Assembly: GCA_015486995.1 (NCBI GenBank)
Contig: WFQO01000150.1
Coordinates: 1-59,449 of the forward strand
DNA: 59,449 bases
From: Nitratifractor sp.
GTDB lineage: Bacteria; Campylobacterota; Campylobacteria; Campylobacterales; Sulfurovaceae
Reading direction: 5' to 3'
Below the pieces are notes generated by a model. It saw only the letters and a program-made list of their open reading frames with translations, did no database searches and was not told the origin of the DNA. Positions 47,603 to 57,300 of the stretch are shown here, in pieces. Each line of letters begins with the position of its first letter. The first letter of the stretch is position 1. The translations under genes and the position numbers were made by a program.

Positions 47603-48262
47603 TCAATAGGAGAATTTGTACCCCCGCCGGCGTACCGTATGGATCACCTGGAAACCGAGAATGCTTTTGAGACGTTTGCGGATTTGGTTGATCGCCACTT
47701 CCACAGTGTTGTCGCTGACATATTCGGGCTCTTCCCAGAGGGCGTTGATGATTTCGTCCTTGCTGAAGACCCGCTGCTTACGCAGCGCCAGATAGGCGAG
47801 AATATCGAAGGTTTTCCCGTTGAGCGAAACGATTTTGTCGTCGTATTCGATCTTTTTATTGGCGATGTCGATGCAGAGTTTGCCGATGTCGACCTTGGTC
47901 CCGTAAAGATTGCGCATATTGGCCAGGACCCGTGCCGCGATCAGGTCCGGTTCGTAGATATGGTTGAACACCACATCGTCCACTCCGAGAGCGAAAAAAT
48001 CCCGCTGCTTTTCCGCCTGTTCGGTCAAGAGAATGATTTTTGTCTCTTTTTTCTTCTTTTTAATCTCGTTGACATAGCGTTCGAGGGAAAATTGAACCCC
48101 CTCGTCGACGATAATAATCAGTTCGTAATACCTGAAATAGGTAAAATTGCTGGCGTCGTAGAGATCTTTCGCACTGTCGACAATGCAGATGAAATATTTC
48201 CCGATCTCCTCTTCGACCTCTTCGGCGAACTCTTCGTCGAATCCTACTGTCAATATCCTCAT
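47603..48262 (-). CDS. OmpR-family response regulator, HsrA/CosR-like, atypical receiver
   Basis: wHTH WEEPEYVSDNTVEVAINQIR...TVRRRGY resembles HsrA/CosR; receiver residues degenerate. Confidence 0.85.
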   Translation of the reverse strand: MRILTVGFDEEFAEEVEEEIGKYFICIVDSAKDLYDASNFTYFRYYELIIIVDEGVQFSLERYVNEIKKKKKETKIILLTEQAEKQRDFFALGVDDVVFNHIYEPDLIAARVLANMRNLYGTKVDIGKLCIDIANKKIEYDDKIVSLNGKTFDILAYLALRKQRVFSKDEIINALWEEPEYVSDNTVEVAINQIRKRLKSILGFQVIHTVRRRGYKFSY

Positions 48263-48424
48263 TTGGTCCCGTTTATCCCGAATTTATCCTGTCCGTTGCC
48301 CATTTTTTCCGCTTTTTTGGAATGGACCCCGGCTTTTCATAGCGTATTTATATCCAAAGCATGCTTATTTAAAAATAAAAGAACTTTTCAGGGAATTTTG
48401 GATATTTTTTTCGCTTTTAAATTC

Positions 48425-49330
48425 TCAACGCTCCAACCGCACATAGAGGCGCACCGGGGCGGGATACCCTTCGACGGTGAGCGAAGAGTCGTCCGGGTCG
48501 AGGAAGTCCTCCAGACTCTGCGTGGCTATCCAGTCGGTTTTGCGCTGTTCCGTCGCATCCGTCTTGCGCTTCGCCAGGACCTCCATCCGGGAAAAACCGG
48601 CCCGCAGGCACCAATTTTCCAAGGCCCGAACCGTCGGAATGAAGTAAATGTTGGGAATTTTGCTGTACCGACCTCTCGGAGTGAGGCAATACTCCCCCTC
48701 CCCTTCGATCATAAACGTATCGAGAAAAAGCTCTCCCCCGGGCTTGAGACCTTTGCCCAGAGATTTGAGCGTGGCGACGGGATCGCTGCGATGATAGAGC
48801 ACCCCGAGACAAAAGAGGGTATCGAAAGGCTCCTCGTAATGCTCCACATGCTCGACTCCGAGAAGCTCGTACTCGATCCCGCTGCGGAAAAATCGGTCAA
48901 GAAAACGGAACTGACTGTAATAGAGCGGAGAGGGATCGAAGCCGACCAGCTTCGCCGGCTGTTGAGCCTGCATCCGAAAAAGATAGTAGCCGTTGTTACA
49001 GCCGATATCTCCGACTCTTTTACCCCGCAGATCGAAATAGGGTTCGAGAAGATTGTATTTGAGCTGGCTGCGCCATTCGCTGTCGATGAAGAGGGCGCCC
49101 AGACGAAAGGGGCCTTTGCGCCAGGGCATCAGAAGCCGGGCGACCGCCTCGATCTCGGCACCGTGGCGCCGCTCGTATTCCGGATCCAGATGAGCCGTCA
49201 CCGCATCGCCAAGCTCTACACTGAGCACTTTCGGCTCGACAAGTGCATCGATCGCCTCCTGCAAAGGAGCGATGTTTTTCCAGCCCAGCCGGCGGCGGCG
49301 TTCCCGGCGAAGGGCTTCCAGATCCATCAT
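48425..49330 (-). CDS. cmoB: tRNA carboxymethyltransferase
   Basis: PWRKGPF, IDSEWRS, DIGCNNGY, GVLYHR, WI...SL.DFLDP, EGYPAP.R. Confidence 0.97.
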   Translation of the reverse strand: MMDLEALRRERRRRLGWKNIAPLQEAIDALVEPKVLSVELGDAVTAHLDPEYERRHGAEIEAVARLLMPWRKGPFRLGALFIDSEWRSQLKYNLLEPYFDLRGKRVGDIGCNNGYYLFRMQAQQPAKLVGFDPSPLYYSQFRFLDRFFRSGIEYELLGVEHVEHYEEPFDTLFCLGVLYHRSDPVATLKSLGKGLKPGGELFLDTFMIEGEGEYCLTPRGRYSKIPNIYFIPTVRALENWCLRAGFSRMEVLAKRKTDATEQRKTDWIATQSLEDFLDPDDSSLTVEGYPAPVRLYVRLER

Positions 49331-49857
49331 TCCTGGACAGTCGCTTTGAGAATCACCTGTTTTTTCAGGGGTTTGTCGCCGGGGCCGGTGGGGACGCTGT
49401 CGATTTTATCGACGACCTTTTTCCCTTTGATCACTTCCCCGAAGATGGTGTAGCCCCCGTTGAGCCAAGGGGCCGGAGCCACGGTGATGAAAAATTGGCT
49501 GCCGTTGGTGTTGGGGCCGCGGTTGGCCATCGCCAGGAGATAGGGGCGGTCGAAGACCAGATTGGGGGCGTATTCGTTTTTGAACTCTTTGCCCCAGATC
49601 GACTGCCCGCCGCGGCCGGTTCCCGTGGGGTCACCGCCTTGGATCATAAACCCCTTGATCACCCGATGGAAAGTGACTCCATCGTAATAGCCTTTTTTCG
49701 CCAGTTTGACGAAATTCTCCACGGCCAAAGGCGCCGCTTTGGGAAAAAGCTTGAGAACGATATCGCCCTGATTGGTCTTCAGGGTGACGATCGGCGCCTT
49801 CCCTCCGGCCCAGAGCACTCCGGCAAAGAGTAAAAAAGCAAACAGAACTTTGCGCAT
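49327..49857 (-). CDS. Exported cyclophilin-type peptidyl-prolyl isomerase
   Basis: Signal peptide from ATG 49857; FHRVIKGFMIQGGDP.GTG.GG, MANRGPNTNGSQFFIT. Confidence 0.96.
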   Translation of the reverse strand: MRKVLFAFLLFAGVLWAGGKAPIVTLKTNQGDIVLKLFPKAAPLAVENFVKLAKKGYYDGVTFHRVIKGFMIQGGDPTGTGRGGQSIWGKEFKNEYAPNLVFDRPYLLAMANRGPNTNGSQFFITVAPAPWLNGGYTIFGEVIKGKKVVDKIDSVPTGPGDKPLKKQVILKATVQE

Positions 49858-50141
49858 CAGACATCCTTTTCGCAAACGACATTCAATTTGTGAAGCACCC
49901 GCTCGAAAAAGTCGCCGGCCTCGCGCTGCGCGTCTTCGTGAAATTCGAGATAGACCCCCTCCCTTTCGGGATTGTCGGGAGAGGGGTTGCCGAAAATTTC
50001 GGGCTTCAAACCCGTCTCTTTCTTCACCGTTTCGATCGCCTCCATCACCTGTTTTTTCAGTGCAGGATTGTCCCCGTAGGTCAGGCTCAACCCTTCGTAG
50101 CGCTCTTCCATCCGTATATGGGCTTCGATGCATTGCCTCAT
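49857..50141 (-). CDS. Hypothetical protein (94 aa)
   Basis: RBS GAGGA, TACAAT box upstream, TGATG coupling to the PPIase gene. Confidence 0.75.
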   Translation of the reverse strand: MRQCIEAHIRMEERYEGLSLTYGDNPALKKQVMEAIETVKKETGLKPEIFGNPSPDNPEREGVYLEFHEDAQREAGDFFERVLHKLNVVCEKDV

Positions 50142-50289
50142 CGTTTATCTCCTCTGTTTTGATGCCGCCAATTGTATCCCAAGAGCCGTTTAAAGTCTAT
50201 TAGGCAAAAGGAGATTTTTTAGAGTCCCGAAAGAAAATTTCCACTACAATAGATGCCCTCATCCGAAAGATTCCCGCAAAGGAGATGCC

Positions 50290-52110
50290 GTGGCGCTCGC
50301 GCTCGCTCGCAAATACCGTCCCCGTACTTTCGCCGATCTGGTAGGCCAGGAGGCGGTCTCTCAGACCCTCTCCCAGGCCCTCGACGGCGACCGGCTCTCC
50401 CACGCCTACCTCTTCTCGGGGCTGCGCGGCAGCGGCAAGACTTCCACCGCCCGGATCTTCGCCAAAGCCCTCCTCTGCGAAAAGGGCCCCACCTCCCATC
50501 CCTGTGAAGAGTGCCCCCACTGCGTCATGGCCAACGAATACCGCCACATGGACATCATCGAGATGGATGCCGCCTCCAACCGGGGGATCGACGACATCAA
50601 GGAGTTGATCGAACACACCAAATACAAACCCGGCAGCGGCCGCTTCAAAATTTTTATCATCGACGAAGTCCACATGCTGACCCCCCAGGCCTTCAACGCC
50701 CTGCTCAAGACCCTGGAGGAGCCGCCTGATTTCGTCAAATTCATCCTCGCCACCACCGATCCGCTCAAACTCCCGGCCACGATCCTCTCCCGGACCCAGC
50801 ACTTCCGCTTCAAAAAGATCCCTCCCCGTCTGGTCAAAAGCCATCTGGAGCACATCCTCAACCTCGAGGGGGTCGCCTACGAGCCCGAAGCCCTGGAGAT
50901 TATCGCCCGCAGCGGCGCGGGAAGCCTCCGCGACTCGCTGACCCTTCTCGATCAGGCCATCGTCTACGCGCACGGCACAGTGGATCTGCCCACGGTCACG
51001 ACGATGCTGGGGATCATCGAACCGGCCAAGCTGGACGCCCTGCTGGACCGTATCCTCCAGAAAGACGAAGCGGCGATCCTAGCGTTCGTCCGCGAGAGCG
51101 CCGAGTACGAAACGGAGATGATCGTCGACGAGTTGACGATGCACCTCAAAGAGTTGCTCTTCGCCAAGGATCCCCGCTTCCCTCCGCTGATCCTCGATCG
51201 CTTCTTCCGGATCCTCGCCGAAGCCAAGGAATTGCTCTTTCTCGGCAGCGACGGGGAGTTCGTCCTCTCCCTAACCCTCTTCAAAATGATGGAAGCCCTT
51301 TCCCTCAAAGAGATCGACGAAATGATCCGCACCCTTCAAAAAGAGCTGGCGGGAGTGACGCCGGAGTCTTCGACACAAAAACCCGCTCCGACCCAAGCGA
51401 CACCCACCCCCCTCCAAGAGACTCCGGCGATAGATCGGGCTGAGCAGACTCCCCGCCCCGCCCCGGACAGAGCCGAGACTCCTCCAAGTGAGCCGACACC
51501 CTCCGCACAGGAGTCCTCTTCCTCCATGACGACGCAAAGCGGCACCCTCTCCGACGACTCCGGCCTTCTGCGCTTCCGCAAGCTCGTCGAGAAGCTTTAC
51601 GATCGGGATTATGATCTGGGAGCTTGTTTCGAGCGTAACATCCGTTACCACGCCTTCGACGGTCAAGCCCTCAGCTGGGAATCCGCCGCCGAAGGAGAGG
51701 ACAAAAAACTCCTGATCCGCCACTGGGCTCTGATCCGCACTTTCGTCCAAGAGATCTTCGGCCTCGATACCCGTATCGTCAATCTCCCTCCCTCCGACGA
51801 GAAGAGCGAAGAGAGCGATAAAAAAAAAGTGACTTCCGAGCCCCTTCCGAGAACTCAGGAGAGGGATGAAAGCTCTCCTTCTCTCCCCCCCCGACAACCC
51901 GAAAACGAAGAATGCGACCTTCCCGACAACGCACAAACCGCCAGCAGCCTCGAAGCGATCGAAATGCCTTCGAGCTGTATGAACCCCGATACGGGAGACA
52001 GTGAAGCCTCCCGGGAGATCGATCCCTCCAAACTCCTCGAAGAGCCGATGATCAAAGAGGCCATCGCCCTCTTCGACCCCAAACGGGTCCGCATCAAGCG
52101 CAAGGTTTAA
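50290..52110 (+). CDS. dnaX: DNA polymerase III subunit gamma/tau
   Basis: ALARKYRP, G.RGSGKTS, EMDAASN.GIDD, IIDEVHML, NALLKTLEEPP, TILSR. Confidence 0.98.
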   Translation: MALALARKYRPRTFADLVGQEAVSQTLSQALDGDRLSHAYLFSGLRGSGKTSTARIFAKALLCEKGPTSHPCEECPHCVMANEYRHMDIIEMDAASNRGIDDIKELIEHTKYKPGSGRFKIFIIDEVHMLTPQAFNALLKTLEEPPDFVKFILATTDPLKLPATILSRTQHFRFKKIPPRLVKSHLEHILNLEGVAYEPEALEIIARSGAGSLRDSLTLLDQAIVYAHGTVDLPTVTTMLGIIEPAKLDALLDRILQKDEAAILAFVRESAEYETEMIVDELTMHLKELLFAKDPRFPPLILDRFFRILAEAKELLFLGSDGEFVLSLTLFKMMEALSLKEIDEMIRTLQKELAGVTPESSTQKPAPTQATPTPLQETPAIDRAEQTPRPAPDRAETPPSEPTPSAQESSSSMTTQSGTLSDDSGLLRFRKLVEKLYDRDYDLGACFERNIRYHAFDGQALSWESAAEGEDKKLLIRHWALIRTFVQEIFGLDTRIVNLPPSDEKSEESDKKKVTSEPLPRTQERDESSPSLPPRQPENEECDLPDNAQTASSLEAIEMPSSCMNPDTGDSEASREIDPSKLLEEPMIKEAIALFDPKRVRIKRKV

Positions 52111-52118
52111 AAAACTTT

Positions 52119-54083
52119 TTACTCGATCCGAAAAGCTCGATCACTCGTATCCGCCCCGATCGTCTTGCCTTTGGCGTTCTTGACGATCACCCGGATCCGG
52201 CAGCGTCGGGAAGGCGTGTCGGGAACGGTCCACTTCCAGGAACGGGCTTTTGGGTTGGTGAGGGTTTTGATCCATTTCCAGTGTTTGCCGTTGTCGGTGC
52301 TCAGCTGCAGGATCGTCTTTGCGATTTTGCCTTTGGCTCCGATGTGCCAGCGGATCGTATACTTCTCTCCGCTTTTTAGTCTCACTTTACCGTTCGGGGC
52401 GAGGACTTTGGCGATCCGCAGGGCCAGGGGATGGTCCGAACGGTCGGAGGCGAAGCGGTTCAGGTCATCGAAGGCGTCCACCCGCACGAGAGCGCGTTTG
52501 GGCAGGTCGTGCCACTGGGCGGGGACCCGCCAGCGGTAGCTCCGGGTGTCGCTGTCCAGATCGGCGGCGATCTTTTTCCAGTGTTTGCCCTTGTCGAGGG
52601 AGTATTTGAGCCCGAAGCTGCTCGGAAGCGTCTGTAAGTCTCCCGCGAAGCCGGCGCTCCAGCGCAGGGTTTTGGGCAAGCCGGCGCTGAGGATCCCGCC
52701 GTTGGGGCTCAGGAGGCGGAAGTCGGCGTAGCAATCCGTATAAGTATGAAGGGTGATCGTATATTCACTCTCCTTTATCCACGTTCTATTGACATCCACA
52801 ATCACTGAATCTTCCCGGACAGCCCCCGTGTTGACGGAGCCGTCTATCGAGGCTGTTTCGACCGTGCTTACATTGATATCTTTGATGGAAGCGCATCCGC
52901 GAATCTCTCCGTTTTTCTCGGTCTTCACGAGGGAAAAACGTCCGTTGCCGACTACCTCCAGGCCACCGAAAACGTATCCCCCCTCTTTCGTCTTTTCGAG
53001 AACGGAAGCGGCCGTCAAACCGTCCAACTGCCTGATCCATCGGAGGCTACCGGTGCGATCGACATTAAAGAGCCAGCTGTGATAGACTTTTCCCCCTCCG
53101 TTATCATTCACTCCGAGGAGAAGGTAGCCGCCATCTCTGCTCTGACGAAGTGCAATCGCCATCGAGTTCATCGCCCCGGGGAGATCGTATCGCTTCTGCC
53201 AACGGACTCCTCCGTTCTTATCCAGCCTGACCAGCCAATAATCGTCACCCGATACGCCCTCTACCGCAATCGTTCCCGCAAAGAGGAAACCGCCGTTTGC
53301 CAGCTCCCGAATCTCAAGAGCCCAGGCATTGTCGTAAAGGTTGTTATACTCTTTCTGCCACAGAAGGGCTCCGCCCGATCCGAATTTCAAGATCCAAGCC
53401 CGGCCGTTCCAGCCGAAACCTCCGGCGACGATGTATCCCCCGTCACGGGTCGGTCTCACGAGGCGTCCCTCCGCATCTTCGATCTCTCCGTCATCCCGGA
53501 TGTGGGTATAGGTTTTTTGCCACTGAATCTTTCCCCTGCGATCGAGTTTCATCAGCAAGAGAGCTCCCACATCGTATTCCTCTCCGCTCTGCTCGGTCAC
53601 ATGTTCGATCACAGTGCCGCACACGATATATCCCCCGTCTTTCGTCGGCTCGACATTTCCCACCGAGTCACTCCCGGCCGTTCCATAGCGCTTCTGCCAA
53701 ACGATCTTCCCGCGACGATCGAGTTTGAGAATCAGAATATCGGAGCGATAATCCTGCTCCGGGTTTCCGATCGATCCGGACAGAATATACCCCCCGTCCC
53801 GAGTCGGCCGGATTGTCTCGATATCCAGATAGTCGATATCTCCGTCGTCTTCATAGCTTTTCTGCCAAAGAATCGTCCCGTTCGTCTCGAGTTTCATAAT
53901 GAAAAATTTTTTGTCGAATGCCTGAAGAGATCCGGCGACAACCATCTTCCCATCTTTGGAGGTGCAAAAAACCCCTCTGTCCACATCCCGTCCGGCCTCA
54001 CCGATGCCGATTTTCCACTCTCCCCCATCCAACACAGATATGCAGATCAGAATAAAGGTGAGCGCCATTATCCATCGTTTCAT
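52119..54083 (-). CDS. Secreted beta-propeller repeat protein with two C-terminal Ig-like repeats
   Basis: Signal peptide from ATG 54083; about 7 repeats of (P)TxDGGY..G...KLD..G...WQK.Y; two PNG...W...S.D.GKHW..I...W.VP...SD domains. Confidence 0.8.
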   Translation of the reverse strand: MKRWIMALTFILICISVLDGGEWKIGIGEAGRDVDRGVFCTSKDGKMVVAGSLQAFDKKFFIMKLETNGTILWQKSYEDDGDIDYLDIETIRPTRDGGYILSGSIGNPEQDYRSDILILKLDRRGKIVWQKRYGTAGSDSVGNVEPTKDGGYIVCGTVIEHVTEQSGEEYDVGALLLMKLDRRGKIQWQKTYTHIRDDGEIEDAEGRLVRPTRDGGYIVAGGFGWNGRAWILKFGSGGALLWQKEYNNLYDNAWALEIRELANGGFLFAGTIAVEGVSGDDYWLVRLDKNGGVRWQKRYDLPGAMNSMAIALRQSRDGGYLLLGVNDNGGGKVYHSWLFNVDRTGSLRWIRQLDGLTAASVLEKTKEGGYVFGGLEVVGNGRFSLVKTEKNGEIRGCASIKDINVSTVETASIDGSVNTGAVREDSVIVDVNRTWIKESEYTITLHTYTDCYADFRLLSPNGGILSAGLPKTLRWSAGFAGDLQTLPSSFGLKYSLDKGKHWKKIAADLDSDTRSYRWRVPAQWHDLPKRALVRVDAFDDLNRFASDRSDHPLALRIAKVLAPNGKVRLKSGEKYTIRWHIGAKGKIAKTILQLSTDNGKHWKWIKTLTNPKARSWKWTVPDTPSRRCRIRVIVKNAKGKTIGADTSDRAFRIE

Positions 54084-54097
54084 TTTTTCTCCTTTTC

Positions 54098-54302
54098 TAT
54101 TCGTCATTCGCCATTAGTTTTTCGTTCTTCGCGACGCCCCGCAGCAGCTTTTGCGGAACACCGAACCCGGAACCCGGACCACAAATCAAACATCCATCAT
54201 CCATCATCCAACATCCAACATTCCCCCTCTCCCCTTCATTCACAACTCATAACTCAAAATTCAAAACTTCCCCAACATCCATCATCCAACATCCAAAATC
54301 TC
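54098..54302. repeat. Mosaic of five heptamer arrays
   Basis: nnttcgy x5 (54098-54132), aacmcsg x3 (54157-54177), wcatcca x4-5 (54190-54224), maytcan x4-5 (54237-54271), wcatcca x3 (54275-54295). Confidence 0.85.
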
Positions 54303-54316
54303 CAAAGGGGCCTCCC

Positions 54317-57300
54317 TCAGATCACCGCAATGATGGGCACCGTACTGATGCCCGCCACGTAGCCGTCCCCCGGGGCGGCGGCGACTTGGGGAGTCGGGGG
54401 CGGGACGGTACTGTCGCGGTCGGAGTAGATCGGGGAGGCGATCAACCCCGAGGCGTCGTTGAAGGCGGGGGCCTGCTGGGGGTTGCCGCCGCCGTTGTCG
54501 CTGTCGCGGTCGGAGTAGATGGGGGTGGCGTCGGCCAGGGTGGTTGGCGCGGCGGGGTGCAGCTGCGCCCCCGAGGCGGGGGCGCTCATGGGCGGATAGG
54601 CGACCCCGTCGAGGGTCTGGGTCGGGTGCAGGCTCGGCGCGGCGTTGACATAGGGGATGAGCCAGCGGGGTCCCTCGGGGAAGGGGGAGCGCCCGGAGCT
54701 GTCGCTCAGGTTCACCGGATCGCCGTAGGCGTAGAGGTAGCGCTTGAAGGATTCGGGCACCAGCGCCTCGGGGCGCTTGGGGTCGGGGCGCAGGAAGCGG
54801 CCGCTGCGGGGGTCGTAGAGCCGCGCCCGAGTCAGCACCAGGCCGCCGCGGCTGCTGTAGATCCCCGATTCGCCCAGGAAGCCGAAGGGTTGGCTCCAGC
54901 GTCCGCTCTGGGCCAGCAGGAGGCCGTAGGGGGAGTAGAGCCGCTCACTCACGACCTTCCCTTCGGCATCGAGGAGGTTGAGGAAATTTCTGCGCGCATC
55001 CGACTGGAGAATCGCTTTGAGCTTTCCGTCGCCGGAGAGGACCAGAGAGAGGCCGGGGCCGAAGAGGTAGTAGGCGCTCGCCTTCCCCTTGGCGTCGAGC
55101 TCCATCAGCGGCGCCGCCCCGGCGTAGACGATGCGCCGCACCCTTTTGCCGTCGCGGAAGCGCACCCGGCGCCCCAGGGCGTCGTAGTCGAAGGCGACGG
55201 AGCCTGCCGCCGCCGTAGTGACCCTCTGCGGGCGTCCCGTGAGGGTGTAGGAGGCGTTGAGATCCCCGAAGCCCAGCAGGCGCCCCGCGGCGTCGTAGCG
55301 CCCCTTGGCCAGGCGGCCGGCGGGCCCGGCGGGAAGCCGAGCGGCGGCAGGGAGGCGGCGGATCAGGGGGGCGGCGCTGTCCTCGACCGACGTGAGGCGG
55401 CCACCGGCATCACGTCCGTAGTCGAGGCGGCGGAAAGCCTCTCCTTCGCCGTCGAGGTAGTCGATCCCGCTCAGGCGGCCGCTCTCGGCATCGTAGCGGT
55501 AGCGCACCGCCACGCCGGCAGGGCCCTCCACCTCCCGCAAGCGCCCCGATGTGTCGTAGCGGTAGCGCAGCACGTGGCCGAAGGAGTCGCTCACCCGCAG
55601 GGGGCGGCCCGCATCGTCCCGCTCGGTCGTGAGCGTCAGGGCCCCGGCACGGATCGTAGCCAGATGTCCCGCCGCATCGTAACCGTAGATGACCTTTTTG
55701 CCGTAAATTCCTTTTTCGAAGCCTTTGTAGCCCCGGGGGGTGTAGCCGTAGGCGATCGTGCCCCGGGCGTCGCTCGCACTCAGGAGGCGCCCCATCGCGT
55801 CGTAGCGGTAGCGCACCCTCTTTCGGCGGCTGCCGGCGCGGTACTCTCTTTGGACCACCCGGCCCGCGGCATCGCGGCGGTAGAGGCTCCGCACCCCGTC
55901 ACGTCCCGTGGTGCCGGAGAGGAAGCCCGCTTTGGTGTAGCGGTAGCGCAGCCGCGCCCCCAGGGGGTCGGTGACGGTAACGAGGCGCCCTTGGGCGTCG
56001 TAGCCCAGCGTCGTGTTGCCCTCCCCGGCGACGGTCCGGCTCGTCAGCTTGCCGTCTTTGCGGTAGCCCAGGCGTACGGAGGGGCCCCGGAGTGCGGTGC
56101 TGCGAATCAGCCGCCCCCTGGCGTCGTAGCGGTAGGCCCGTTTCCGCCCCTGCCGGTCGGTGACGGCGGCGAGGCGCCCTTGGGCATCGTAGCGGTAGCG
56201 CTCGGTGCTGCCGTCGGGGTAGTGGACGCTTGTCAGCTGTCCGCGGCGATTGTAGCGGAAGCTCTTGCGCTTACCCTCGGCGTCGGTGACCGAGAGGAGG
56301 CGGTACGCTTCGTCATAGCGGTAACTCAGGCGCGGATCGTCGGAGCCGGTGACCCGGGTGATATGTTTGGCGTCGTCGTAGGCGAAGAGGGTGCCCTTGC
56401 CCGCCGCGTCGATCTGGAAGCGTACCCGTCCTTTGGCGTCGTAGCGGTTTCGCAGGAGGGTGCGGCTTCCCTGGTGAATCGCCAGCAGATGGTGGCGTCG
56501 GTCGTAGCGGTAGAGGGTCCGCGTCCCGTCGGGGACGGTGACGCTCACCAGGTCGCCCCGCTCGTCGTAGCCGTAGTTCCATACGGCGCCGTCGGGCCCC
56601 TGGGCCCGGGTGACAAACCCCTCCTCGTTTTTTTCGAGGCGGAGGGTTTTGCCGGAGGCCGTTTCACGGATCGTCAGCACCGACTCCTTCTCGTCGAGGG
56701 TCAGCACCGGAGCGGCGTGGGGGTTTTTGCCGTGATAGTAGGCGCTCGGGCGGTAGCTGCCGTCGCCGCTATGCCGGTCGAAGAGGATGCGCCGCTGCAG
56801 CTTGGGGAGATAGAGTTCGAAGCTGCGATGGCCGGTTTTTGGGTTGAGGGTCTCTTTGATGGTGTAGCCGACGCTTCCTCCGACGGGGAGATAAGAGAGA
56901 GTTTTACGCGGGCCTTTCCCGTTCTGGGCACGGAATAGAGCGAAACGGTCGGCATGCCCGTCGCCCCAGAAGACCTCCAGCGTCGTTCCGTCGGCCGAGG
57001 GGTCGATGCGGGCGTCGAAACTGGAGCTCCAGCCGTAGCCGAAGCTTCCCTTCATCGCGGCGAAGCGGGAGCTGTAGGAGCGTTTGAGCGCCAGGGGGAT
57101 CCCCGGGGTGGGGTAGTGCAGGTCGATGTGCTGCTCGACGTAGTTGCCGCTGGCGGGATCCACCGGGTCGTGGATGCGGTGCTGGAGGTCGGGGCGGATT
57201 TTTCGGTAGATCGGCAGCCGCTTCATCGCCCCGGCGACGACGAAGGGAACGGTCCAGACCGCTTCGCAATTCTTCTCCTCGTCGAAGGGAATGTTCTTGA

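Noticed and set aside
47639-49453. 604-aa plus-strand ORF
   Set aside because: Antisense to the regulator and cmoB; no recognisable motifs
49858-50133. N-terminal extension of the 268-aa PPIase ORF
   Set aside because: The likely start is ATG 49857 with a signal peptide; the upstream DNA encodes the 94-aa gene in another frame
51350-51545. Pro/Thr-rich stretch in dnaX
   Set aside because: Ordinary variable linker of tau subunits
54098-54302. CRISPR-like interpretation of the repeat spacer
   Set aside because: Units are 7-nt tandem repeats without constant 25-45-nt repeats, unique spacers or cas genes
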